Assembly: GCA_043813805.1 (NCBI GenBank)
Contig: JBDRKR010000010.1
Span: forward strand, 16,696 to 80,695
Direction: 5' to 3'
Length of the DNA: 64,000 bases
DNA from: Candidatus Nealsonbacteria bacterium
Lineage (GTDB): Bacteria > Patescibacteriota > Minisyncoccia > Minisyncoccales > MHMH01
Part shown: positions 45,540 through 54,239 of the stretch, one piece after another
How the letters are laid out: every line of letters begins with the position of its first letter
Position numbering within the stretch: the first letter of the stretch is position 1
The notes under the pieces: generated by a model
The model's input: only the letters and a program-made list of their open reading frames with translations
What the model was told of the DNA's origin: nothing
The model's database searches: none
Program-made: the position numbers and the translations under genes

Positions 45540-47206
45540 CAGCGGTTGAGGGTAGAACTATTTTGGAAACAGCCAGAGCCAACGGCATTGATATACCGTC
45601 TTTATGCTATCATCCGGATTTGGAAGTTAAAGCCAGCTGCCGTTTATGTTTGGTTTCAATCAGGGGCAAGAGAGGATTGCAGACCGCCTGTTCCACGCCC
45701 GTTGAGCCGGAGATGGAAATCGTGTCAGAGTCCGCCGAAATCAACCAGACGAGAAAAACCAACTTAGAGCTGCTTTTCGCCCAATATAAGAAAAGTTTGG
45801 GGGCCTGGGATGCGAATCCGGAGCTTTTAAGATTGGCCAAAAAATACCAGATTGACGTTCAAAGATTTTCCGACAGAAAAAAACATTATCCCAAATATCA
45901 GTTCGGTCCGGCGGTTTTATTCGATACCTCAAAATGCATTGATTGCCGCAATTGCGTTGATGCGTGCCGTCAGCAGTCGGTCAATTTTTTAGAAGTGAAA
46001 GAAAAGAAAACGTTTTTTCAGCCGACGCCCAGTCAGGATAAAAAAACAGATTGCATTTATTGCGGCCAGTGCGTAGTGCACTGTCCGGTAGCGGCGCTCT
46101 CGGCCGTACCCGAGTTTAACGAAGTGGAAAAGGCGCTTAAGCAAAAAGGTAAAACAGTTGTTTTCCAATTTGCGCCATCGATCAGAACGAGCATCGGGGA
46201 AGAATTCAATTTGCCTTCAGGCGCGGTGGTGACTGAAAAAATAGTGGGAGCCCTTAAGGCATTGGGCGCCGAAAAGGTTTTTGATACGAGCGTCGGGGCC
46301 GATTTCACTTCGACCGAAGAGGCAAAAGAGCTTGTCGAAAAAATCCAAACAGGCAAGGGCGTTTGCTTAAGCTCTTGCTGCCCGTCGTGGGTGAAATACG
46401 TCGAGTTTTTTTATCCGGAATTCGTTCATTGCCTGGCGACAACCAGGTCTCCCCAGGTTATTTTGGGCGGTCTTATCAAAACCTATTTTGCGGGCAAAGA
46501 TAAAATCGATCCCAAAAAAATCGTGGTGGTTTCAATTATGCCCTGTACCGCCAAAAAATATGAAATCAGAAGAAAAGAGCTTGAAATCAACGGCATGAAA
46601 CCGGTTGACTATGTTTTAACCACAAGAGAACTGACTCACCTTTTTAAAAAGCATGATATCGATTTAAAATCAGTCAAACCGGAGAAAGCCGACGATCCGC
46701 TGGGTCTGCCGACGGGAGGCGGAGTGATTTACGGGGCCAGCGGAGGGGTCGCCGAATCAGCCCTGAGGTCGGCCCATTTAATAATGTCAAAAACCAATTT
46801 GCCCAAGATAGAGTTTACGGAATTAAGAGGACTGCAAGGCATTAAGAAAGCTTTAATTAAAATGGGGGACCGCACTGTTAAAATGGCGGTAATTAACGGC
46901 ATCGGCAACGCGAAAATCATTTTAGATGAATTGAAAAAAGATCCCAAGGCCTATGACGCGGTGGAGGTTATGGCGTGCCCGGGCGGTTGTATTGGCGGCG
47001 GCGGACAGCCCGTGCCAACCGATGGCGAGATCAGATCTAAAAGGGCCAGCAGTCTTTACGAAATTGACGCAAAAAAACAGGAAAGAATCGCCCATTTAAA
47101 TCCGGTGGTAAAAGAGGTCTACAAAGATTATCTTACCTCGGAAAAAATAATTAAAACCGTTTGCCATACAAATTACGCGCCCAAAAAGAAAGAAGTTAAT
47201 TTTTAA
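45509..47206 (+). CDS. hydA: [FeFe]-hydrogenase catalytic subunit (group A)
   Basis: H-cluster motifs SSCCPSW, MPCTAKKYE, EVMACPGGCIGGGGQP; N-terminal 2Fe-2S and two 4Fe-4S motifs. Confidence 0.92.
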   Translation: MQITFNGKKIAAVEGRTILETARANGIDIPSLCYHPDLEVKASCRLCLVSIRGKRGLQTACSTPVEPEMEIVSESAEINQTRKTNLELLFAQYKKSLGAWDANPELLRLAKKYQIDVQRFSDRKKHYPKYQFGPAVLFDTSKCIDCRNCVDACRQQSVNFLEVKEKKTFFQPTPSQDKKTDCIYCGQCVVHCPVAALSAVPEFNEVEKALKQKGKTVVFQFAPSIRTSIGEEFNLPSGAVVTEKIVGALKALGAEKVFDTSVGADFTSTEEAKELVEKIQTGKGVCLSSCCPSWVKYVEFFYPEFVHCLATTRSPQVILGGLIKTYFAGKDKIDPKKIVVVSIMPCTAKKYEIRRKELEINGMKPVDYVLTTRELTHLFKKHDIDLKSVKPEKADDPLGLPTGGGVIYGASGGVAESALRSAHLIMSKTNLPKIEFTELRGLQGIKKALIKMGDRTVKMAVINGIGNAKIILDELKKDPKAYDAVEVMACPGGCIGGGGQPVPTDGEIRSKRASSLYEIDAKKQERIAHLNPVVKEVYKDYLTSEKIIKTVCHTNYAPKKKEVNF

Positions 47207-47211
47207 AAAAT

Positions 47212-47727
47212 ATGATCTTAACCAAGGTTTTAACAATCAAAAAAGATATAGTGCTAACGATTGCCCAGTTCGCTGTTTTAATGGTAATAGCCACCGTCGT
47301 TCCTATATTGGGGCATAATCAGGCGATTACCGGGCCGATTGTTAACGCTGTTCTTCTCATCTCGGCCGTTCTTTTGGGGCCGCAGGGAGCCGTGTTGGTG
47401 GGCCTGATTCCGAGCGTTGTCGCTTTATCTGCAGGGCTTTTGCCCTTGCCTCTGGCTCCCATGGTGCCTTTTATCATGATAAGCAACACTATTTTGATTC
47501 TGACTTTCGCTTGTTTGAGACGCAAGAATTTTTGGCTGGGAATAGCCGCAGCAAGCGCTCTGAAATTTATCTTTTTGGTTTCAACAAGCACCGTGGTGAT
47601 GAACTTGATTGCAAAACAAGAGATCGCCCGGAAAGCGGCCTTAATGATGAGCTGGCCGCAGTTTTTGACAGCTTTGGGCGGGGGCGTCATCGCTTACTTT
47701 CTCCTCAAAAGCCTTAAAAAAATATGA
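47212..47727 (+). CDS. ECF S-component-like membrane protein
   Basis: 5-6 TM; NQAITGPIVNAVL, PFIMISN, WPQFLTA. Confidence 0.7.
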   Translation: MILTKVLTIKKDIVLTIAQFAVLMVIATVVPILGHNQAITGPIVNAVLLISAVLLGPQGAVLVGLIPSVVALSAGLLPLPLAPMVPFIMISNTILILTFACLRRKNFWLGIAAASALKFIFLVSTSTVVMNLIAKQEIARKAALMMSWPQFLTALGGGVIAYFLLKSLKKI

Positions 47728-47873
47728 ACTCTCTTTTCCAAAACCCGGAAAACAACTGGGCCTATGTTTTTCTTTTACTGGTTATTACGACAATCGCCGC
47801 TGCCGGCATTTTGTACTACTCTCACGAAACGATTAAGGAAATTAATTATCTTTCGGAAAGATCCGCCTACTGA
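47724..47873 (+). CDS. 49-aa single-TM protein (not in ORF track)
   Basis: ATGA overlap with the upstream stop; MNSLFQNPENNWAYVFLLLVITTIAAAGILYYS... Confidence 0.55.
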   Translation: MNSLFQNPENNWAYVFLLLVITTIAAAGILYYSHETIKEINYLSERSAY

Positions 47874-47938
47874 CCGGGTCAGCGGCGAGCTTGACCTTTC
47901 GCAATCATTACCGATATAATTGATAAAGACATTTAATC

Positions 47939-49390
47939 ATGGTCAGGAAAAAAAAGAGGCGAAGTCCGTCTGCTCATAAAGTTACGGCGAGGCGGAGGAA
48001 AATCAAAAAAGTTTTGAAAAATAAAGAACCGAAGATCGCGCTTTTAGATTTGGTCCATCGGACGAGGATCAGGGTAATCGGAGTCGGCGGAGGCGGAGGT
48101 TCGATTGTTTCGGAAATCGCGCGAAACTTAAAAAGAGTGGATTTTGTCGTGGCGAATACAGACTCCAAGGCATTAAAAGAGGCGGCAAAATATACCAAAG
48201 TTCTGCAATTCGGCCAAAAAATAACGGGAGGGCTCGGTTGCGGCATGGATGCAAGAACAGGCCAAAAAGCGGCGAAAGACGATAAAGCAAAAATCGCCAA
48301 GCTTTTTCAGGGGATTGATTTATGTATTTTAGTGAGTTCTTTGGGCGGCGGTACGGGATCTGGGGCCACTCCTGAATTTGCCAGAATCGGCCGGGAAGCG
48401 GGCGCGATGGTTTTCGGCATTTTTACTCTGCCGTTTAAGTTTGAAGGGGGCAAAAAATCGTACCTCGCCAAAAATAGCCTGGAAAAATTGATGCCGAACC
48501 TTAACACCGTTTCGATTATTCCCAACGAAAACATTTTTAAGATCATCGATAAAAAAACTCCTCTGAAAGAAGCCTTCTCGGCCATCAATAGGCGGCTTTC
48601 GGAGAACCTGCGCGGATTGGTTGAAATGATCCACATGCCCGGCCTCATTAATATTGATTTTGCGGATGTCAGAACGATTTTAGAAGGCCGAGGCAAGCTG
48701 ACTTATTTAAACAGCTCTCAATCCCAGGGGCCTAATCGCGTTGAAGAGGTTTTAAAGGAAGTTTTAAAAAGTCCGTTGAACGAGTACGATATTAAGGGAG
48801 CGGAAAAAATGCTTTTTAATATTACGGCTTCTCAAGATATCGGCATGAAAGAGGTGGAACAAATTTCAAAAACGATTTCCGATTTCAACCGCCGGGCGAA
48901 AATCATCTTCGGCGTTTCCCAAGACAATGATTATAAAGACAAAATCAGGGTTTCGCTGCTGGCCGTAGGTTGCGGCAGAGAAGAAAAACCCACCCGGTCA
49001 TCCGACCGGGTGCCCCGTCGAATGACGGGGCAAACCCCAAACAAGCCAAAAACAAAGAAAAAGAGACAAAAGACCAGGGCGAAAACGAAAACCAATCCGC
49101 CATCTGGCGGACTAAAGCCGAAGCCCAAAAAGCCGACCCGAGGCCGGTCCGCCTCAGGCGGAAAATTCAAGAAACCGGTTTTTGATAAAAAGCCCGCAGC
49201 AGTTGCCGCGCCGATAGAAGCTTCGAGTTCCGAAGAAGAGCCGGCCAAAATACTCACCAGAAGAAACGCGCTTGATTTAAGAAAAGAGGTTGAGAAGGTG
49301 GAGGAGGAAATGCAGGAAAAAGAGAAGAAGTGGGACATCCCGGCTTTTCTGCGCAAAAAACCAAATAACAACGAACAGGCGTCAAAATAA
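47939..49390 (+). CDS. ftsZ: cell division protein FtsZ (divergent; basic N-extension, long linker)
   Basis: IGVGGGG, NTD, GGGTGSG, PFKFEG, INIDFADV, C-terminal WDIPAFLRK. Confidence 0.88.
   Translation: MVRKKKRRSPSAHKVTARRRKIKKVLKNKEPKIALLDLVHRTRIRVIGVGGGGGSIVSEIARNLKRVDFVVANTDSKALKEAAKYTKVLQFGQKITGGLGCGMDARTGQKAAKDDKAKIAKLFQGIDLCILVSSLGGGTGSGATPEFARIGREAGAMVFGIFTLPFKFEGGKKSYLAKNSLEKLMPNLNTVSIIPNENIFKIIDKKTPLKEAFSAINRRLSENLRGLVEMIHMPGLINIDFADVRTILEGRGKLTYLNSSQSQGPNRVEEVLKEVLKSPLNEYDIKGAEKMLFNITASQDIGMKEVEQISKTISDFNRRAKIIFGVSQDNDYKDKIRVSLLAVGCGREEKPTRSSDRVPRRMTGQTPNKPKTKKKRQKTRAKTKTNPPSGGLKPKPKKPTRGRSASGGKFKKPVFDKKPAAVAAPIEASSSEEEPAKILTRRNALDLRKEVEKVEEEMQEKEKKWDIPAFLRKKPNNNEQASK
48991..49162. 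repeat. four short palindromes in frame in the ftsZ linker
   Basis: 48991-49012, 49011-49032, 49096-49111, 49148-49162. Confidence 0.8.
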
Positions 49391-49455
49391 GCATAAATGA
49401 TCCCGCTAAGCGGGGTTATTTTGTTTTACAGATGGTCTTGTGGTATTATAATCAA

Positions 49456-49632
49456 ATGGTTCCAGCTCAGGCAGAAAAATTGCAAAACGATATTTATCGA
49501 AAAATGACAGCGGTAAAAAAACTCAGAATTTTAGGAGATTTTTTTCTACTGGGAAAAAAATTAGATTCGCTAAAATATGACAATAGAAAGACCGGAAGAG
49601 CTTTTACTTCAGATAGTAAAAATTCTAAATAA
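49456..49632 (+). CDS. small protein, probable partner of the downstream nucleotidyltransferase
   Basis: Q.DIYRKMT..KKL pattern; overlaps the next gene. Confidence 0.55.
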   Translation: MVPAQAEKLQNDIYRKMTAVKKLRILGDFFLLGKKLDSLKYDNRKTGRAFTSDSKNSK

Positions 49633-50134
49633 ACTAGAGATTCCGTACATCATTACTGGCGGTTTTGCCGTGGCAGTTTTGGCAAAACCACGTTTTACGG
49701 CAGATATCGATATTATTGTAAAGATAAAACCTAAAAATATTTTAGAATTAACAAAAGAATTACTTGCGATAGATAAAAATGCTTATATCTCTCAAGAAGC
49801 AATGAGAGACGCGATTAAAAATAATGGAGAATTTAATTTTATCCATCCGGGAACCGGGTTAAAAGTAGATTTTTGGCTTAAAAGATATCCTTTTGAAGAA
49901 TTTAAAAAGAGTATTGTTAAGAAAATCAACGGTCAAAAAATTAATTTTATCTCTCCCGAAGACCTGATATTAAGCAAGTTAATCTGGTACAAAGAAGGCC
50001 AAGGGTCGAAGCAATTGGAAGACATCAGATCTATCCTTAAAATCGCCAAACCCGATTTAAATTATATCAAAGCGTGGGCGGCAAAAACTTCGACATCCGA
50101 GATTTTAGAAGAAATATTAAAAAACAATAAATAA
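49577..50134 (+). CDS. nucleotidyltransferase-family protein (toxin-antitoxin/Abi type)
   Basis: YIITGGFA..PRFTADIDI, KVDF, SPEDLILSKL, KQLED. Confidence 0.8.
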   Translation: MTIERPEELLLQIVKILNKLEIPYIITGGFAVAVLAKPRFTADIDIIVKIKPKNILELTKELLAIDKNAYISQEAMRDAIKNNGEFNFIHPGTGLKVDFWLKRYPFEEFKKSIVKKINGQKINFISPEDLILSKLIWYKEGQGSKQLEDIRSILKIAKPDLNYIKAWAAKTSTSEILEEILKNNK

Positions 50135-50228
50135 TTATGACTAAGAATTGAGGCGGTTTTTGCCGAAATGACAGATGGTCAGACTCTGTCATTTTGTTTT
50201 GCGGTTGATCTTGTGGTAAAATATATCA

Positions 50229-51152
50229 ATGAATAATGTTTACGATTTAATCATCATCGGCGGGGGACCAGCGGGAATGACGGCCGGCATTTATGCTGCC
50301 AGGCAGCAATTGAAAACCTTGTTGATTACCAAAGATTTCGGAGGGCAGATGGCAAAAAAAGCTGTCAGTATCGAAAACTACCCGGGTTTCGAAGAGATTT
50401 CGGGATTGGAGCTTATTCAGCGTTTTGAAAAACAGTTAAGGAGCCATAAAATAGATATTGAAATCAATACGGTAAAGAACATAAAGAAAAGCGGCGAGAT
50501 TTTTCTGTTAACAGCCAGTAACAAAAAGCAATTTGAATCGAAGACGGTGATTGTGGCTTCAGGAGCCGATCCAAGGCCCTTGGAAGTTGCGGGCGAGAAA
50601 GAATTCATCGGTAAAGGCGTTTCTTATTGCGTCTCTTGCGACGGACCCTTGTATGCCGGCAAAACCGTAGCGGTAGTCGGTGGAGGCAATGCGGGATTTG
50701 AAGCCGCGCTTTCTTTACAAAATTACGCCAAGAAAATATATATATTAGAATCTGGAGACAAACTTAGAGCTGATTCGACGGTTCAGGGCAAGGTGGCTAC
50801 TCTTAAAAAGATAAGCGTCATCACCCAAGTCGTTTTGCAGAAAATCCAGGGGAAAGGTTTCGTCAATTCTCTTGTTTATCAAGATAAGATTTCCAAAAAA
50901 AATATTACTTTGGACGTTCAGGGGATTTTTGTTGAAATAGGATCGCAGCCGGCAACCTCGTTTGTTAAGGATTTGGTTGATTTTAACAAAAAAGACGAAA
51001 TTGTTGTTGACCCAGAAACAAGTATGACGAGCACTCCCGGTTTATTTACGGCCGGCGACGTTGACCAGGTCCCGTATAAGCAAATTGTCGTCGCTTGCGG
51101 CGAGGGAGCCAAAGCCGCTATTTCCGTTTCAGCTTATCTTCAAAAAAAATGA
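50229..51152 (+). CDS. trxB: thioredoxin-disulfide reductase
   Basis: GGGPAG, IENYPG, GVSYCVSCDG, VGGGNAG, AGD. Confidence 0.92.
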   Translation: MNNVYDLIIIGGGPAGMTAGIYAARQQLKTLLITKDFGGQMAKKAVSIENYPGFEEISGLELIQRFEKQLRSHKIDIEINTVKNIKKSGEIFLLTASNKKQFESKTVIVASGADPRPLEVAGEKEFIGKGVSYCVSCDGPLYAGKTVAVVGGGNAGFEAALSLQNYAKKIYILESGDKLRADSTVQGKVATLKKISVITQVVLQKIQGKGFVNSLVYQDKISKKNITLDVQGIFVEIGSQPATSFVKDLVDFNKKDEIVVDPETSMTSTPGLFTAGDVDQVPYKQIVVACGEGAKAAISVSAYLQKK

Positions 51153-52387
51153 TCGGACACAACATTAAATCAATCAAGGGCAGGGAAATTCTGGACTCTA
51201 AAGGTTATCCGACAGTTGAGGTGGAATTAACCACTGAGGCCGGTAATTTTGTAGCATCCGTGCCCTCGGGGACTTCTACGGGGATATATGAGGCAAAGGA
51301 GTTAAGGGACGGGGGAGACAGATACCTTGGCATGGGAGTGCAAAAAGCTATCGATAATGTCAACCAAATCATCGCTCCCGCGCTTTGCGGCAAAAATCCG
51401 CAAGAACAGGAGGAAGTCGACGACATAATGATTAAACTGGATGGAACTCCCGATAAATCTAAGCTCGGAGCCAATGCTATCCTGGGAGTCTCGATCGCCA
51501 CCCTCAAAGCCGGGGCTGCGGCAGAAGGCGTATATTTATGGCAATGGATCGCCCAAATGGCGAAGACCAAGCCTCTTTTGCCCTTTCCCTGTCTTTTATA
51601 TGTCGAAGGAGGCGTGCACGGCCGAGGCGACGTGGATACTCAAGAGTTTATGGTGGTTTTGGAAAACAGCTCTTTTCACGAACATTTAAGACTCGGCACG
51701 GAGGCCTATCACACATTAAGGGAAATTATAAATAAAAAATTCGGCAAGGCGGCTACGAATGTCGGCTTGGAAGGCGGTTTTACCCCGCCTGTCCAGGATA
51801 CAGAAGATGTTTTGGATTTGATTATGGAAGCGGTTAAAAAAAACGGCGGGAAGAAGGTCAAGATTATTCTTGATATGGCGGCTTCCACATTTTTCAAAAA
51901 CGGCCAATATTACTTCGAAGGAGAAGTTTTCAACCAGAAAAATCTCTCCGATTTTTACACCAAGCTTTGCCGAAAATATCCCATCATTGGCATAGAAGAT
52001 CCTTTTTCTGAAGACGATTGGATGGGTTTTCAGGGAATTACTCAAAGTTTGGGTCAAAATATCAACATCATCGGCGATGACATACTTGCCACCAATATTC
52101 AGAGAATTGAAAACGCGCAAAAGAAGGGAGCCTGCAATGCTTTGATTTTAAAACCGAATCAAACAGGCACAGTGACGGAAACTCTTAAAGCTGCGAAATT
52201 GGCTCTGGACCACGATTGGGACGTTTTCGTCAAACATCGATCGGGAGAAACGTGCGATACGTTTATCAGCGATTTAGCTGTGGGGCTGGGCACGGGATGG
52301 CTGATGGCCGGAGCTCCCAACCGAGGAGAAAGAGTGGCAAAATATAATCGCGCTTTAATGATTGAGCAAGAATGCCAAAAATGCTAA
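51149..52387 (+). CDS. eno: enolase (divergent active-site motifs)
   Basis: REILDSKG.PTVEV, SGTSTG, LGANAIL, QEFM, EDP, GDD, KPNQ, HRSGET, ERVAKYN. Confidence 0.92.
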   Translation: MIGHNIKSIKGREILDSKGYPTVEVELTTEAGNFVASVPSGTSTGIYEAKELRDGGDRYLGMGVQKAIDNVNQIIAPALCGKNPQEQEEVDDIMIKLDGTPDKSKLGANAILGVSIATLKAGAAAEGVYLWQWIAQMAKTKPLLPFPCLLYVEGGVHGRGDVDTQEFMVVLENSSFHEHLRLGTEAYHTLREIINKKFGKAATNVGLEGGFTPPVQDTEDVLDLIMEAVKKNGGKKVKIILDMAASTFFKNGQYYFEGEVFNQKNLSDFYTKLCRKYPIIGIEDPFSEDDWMGFQGITQSLGQNINIIGDDILATNIQRIENAQKKGACNALILKPNQTGTVTETLKAAKLALDHDWDVFVKHRSGETCDTFISDLAVGLGTGWLMAGAPNRGERVAKYNRALMIEQECQKC

Positions 52388-52388
52388 A

Positions 52389-52991
52389 ATGTCAAAATTA
52401 ATATTACTGAGGCACTTAAAATCCCAATGGAATAAAGAAAATCGGTTCACGGGATGGACCGATATTCCTTTAAGCGAAGAGGGGATTAAGAGCGCCCAAA
52501 AAACCGCGGAGAAGCTCGCGGGTTTCAAAATTAATAAAGTTTACACTTCGCCCTTTGTCAGGAATAAAAAAACGGTCGTTTTGATTTTAGATAATCTGAA
52601 AAAGAAAGATTTGCCGGTCGTGATTGATAAGGCTTTAAATGAAAGAAATTACGGGAAACTGCAGGGTTTGAATAAAGAAGACTCTAAAAAACAATTCGGC
52701 GAAAAAAGGGTTCATTTGTGGAGGCGAAGCTGGGACGTTGCTCCGCCTGAGGGAGAAAGTTTAAAAGATGTTTACCGGAGAACAATCCCATTTTTTAAAA
52801 AATACATCGAATCGGATTTAATGGACGGCAAGAACGTTTTAGTGGTTGCGAGCCACAACTCGTTAAGGGCTATCGTCAAATATGTTGAAAAAGTAACCGA
52901 TAGAAATATCATCAGTCTTGAAATACCCTATGCCGGACTGTTAAAATACGATTTTAAAAATGGTATTTACCACGTTAGAAGTCAAAAATAA
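52389..52991 (+). CDS. gpmA: 2,3-BPG-dependent phosphoglycerate mutase
   Basis: LLRH..SQWNKENRFTGW, LNERNYG.LQGLNK, WRRS, ESLKD, HNSLRA. Confidence 0.92.
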   Translation: MSKLILLRHLKSQWNKENRFTGWTDIPLSEEGIKSAQKTAEKLAGFKINKVYTSPFVRNKKTVVLILDNLKKKDLPVVIDKALNERNYGKLQGLNKEDSKKQFGEKRVHLWRRSWDVAPPEGESLKDVYRRTIPFFKKYIESDLMDGKNVLVVASHNSLRAIVKYVEKVTDRNIISLEIPYAGLLKYDFKNGIYHVRSQK

Positions 52992-53054
52992 AAATCTCTT
53001 TACTTTAATAATTTGGTATGTAATATTAAAAGAGCAACTTCTAACGTGGTTTAC
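52966..53054. mobile_element. MITE-like element with 14-bp perfect terminal inverted repeats
   Basis: accacgttagaagt (52969-52982) / acttctaacgtggt (53037-53050); TTTAC direct repeat at both ends. Confidence 0.55.
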
Positions 53055-53086
53055 AAAAAATAAACCTTACCGTATAATTAAAACAT

Positions 53087-53749
53087 ATGAAAATTAACAT
53101 ACCCAAAGTCAATATCAGTAAGAATTTAATACCGGTAGCGATTATTATCGCCGGAATTCTGATTGCCGGAGCTTTCGTTTACGTAAATTTCTGGCCAAAG
53201 GGCGTTTTGTCGGCTCAACAAGCGGCCGAAAAAGCAATCGCCTTCATCAATCAAAATATTGAGCAGGGAGCGACCGCTTCTTTAGTGCAAGTTACCGAAG
53301 AAGATAACGTTTATAAAATCAGTTTAAAAGTCAACGAAATACCTTACGAGTCTTACATTACTAAAGACGGCAAGTTTTTATTCCCTTCGGGTATTGATCT
53401 CGGGGTGGTCGCCTTGCAAGAATTGGGAACGGAGGTTACGGCCGAACCTTCCGGAGAACAATCTTCGGCGGTCGCTTCGGAATCTTTCGCCAAATGTTTG
53501 ACGGAAAAAGGCATGAAGTTCTATGGTTCTCAAGATTGCAGCTGGTGTTCCAAGGAAAAGACATTATTGGGCGATTCTATGCAATACGTCAATTATGTTG
53601 AATGCATCGACGACGAAGGACAGTTTACCAAGGCTTGTCAGGACGCCAATATTACGTCGTTCCCGACATGGCAGTTGCCTGACGGCAGAATGGAGTCCGG
53701 TTTCAAAACATTGGAACAATTAGCCGAAGTATCCGGTTGCTCTTTATGA
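53087..53749 (+). CDS. membrane-anchored thioredoxin-fold protein
   Basis: N-terminal TM; AKCL..KFYG..CSWC..YVEC..FPTW. Confidence 0.8.
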   Translation: MKINIPKVNISKNLIPVAIIIAGILIAGAFVYVNFWPKGVLSAQQAAEKAIAFINQNIEQGATASLVQVTEEDNVYKISLKVNEIPYESYITKDGKFLFPSGIDLGVVALQELGTEVTAEPSGEQSSAVASESFAKCLTEKGMKFYGSQDCSWCSKEKTLLGDSMQYVNYVECIDDEGQFTKACQDANITSFPTWQLPDGRMESGFKTLEQLAEVSGCSL

Positions 53750-53979
53750 TCCGTATTTTTTCAACCCCAAGCTGTCCTTATTGCGTTACTTTGAAAGAAT
53801 TTCTGAAAGAACACGGTTTTGAATTTGAAGATATTAACGTGGCCGTTGATGAGAAAGCAAGAGAGGAAATGATTGCAAAATCTAAGCAAATGGGCGTGCC
53901 TGTCATTGAAATCGACGGCCAAATTGTCATCGGTTTTGACAGAAAGAAAATCGTTCAATTGTTAAAAATAAAAGATTAA
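53746..53979 (+). CDS. glutaredoxin/NrdH-like redoxin
   Basis: STPSCPYC, GVPVI, IVIGFD. Confidence 0.93.
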   Translation: MIRIFSTPSCPYCVTLKEFLKEHGFEFEDINVAVDEKAREEMIAKSKQMGVPVIEIDGQIVIGFDRKKIVQLLKIKD

Positions 53980-53984
53980 ACGCG

Positions 53985-54239
53985 GTGGATTATTTAACTG
54001 TTTTAGGATTAGTGGCGGCAACTTTAACATCGGCAGCCGGTCTGCCCCAAGTGATTAAAAGTTGGAAAAACAAATCTACAAAAGATTTGTCTTTGATAAT
54101 GATTGTGCAGTTTTTGATGGGAATATCCCTTTGGACAATATACGGTTTATTTAAGAAAGATGCGGCGATATTATTCGCCCAGGCGGTGGCTTATGTTTTT
54201 TATTTCTCCCTTTTAATATTGAAAATTAAGTATAAATAA
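53985..54239 (+). CDS. SemiSWEET/PQ-loop transporter
   Basis: LPQVIKSWKNKSTKDLS, LWTIYG. Confidence 0.88.
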   Translation: MDYLTVLGLVAATLTSAAGLPQVIKSWKNKSTKDLSLIMIVQFLMGISLWTIYGLFKKDAAILFAQAVAYVFYFSLLILKIKYK

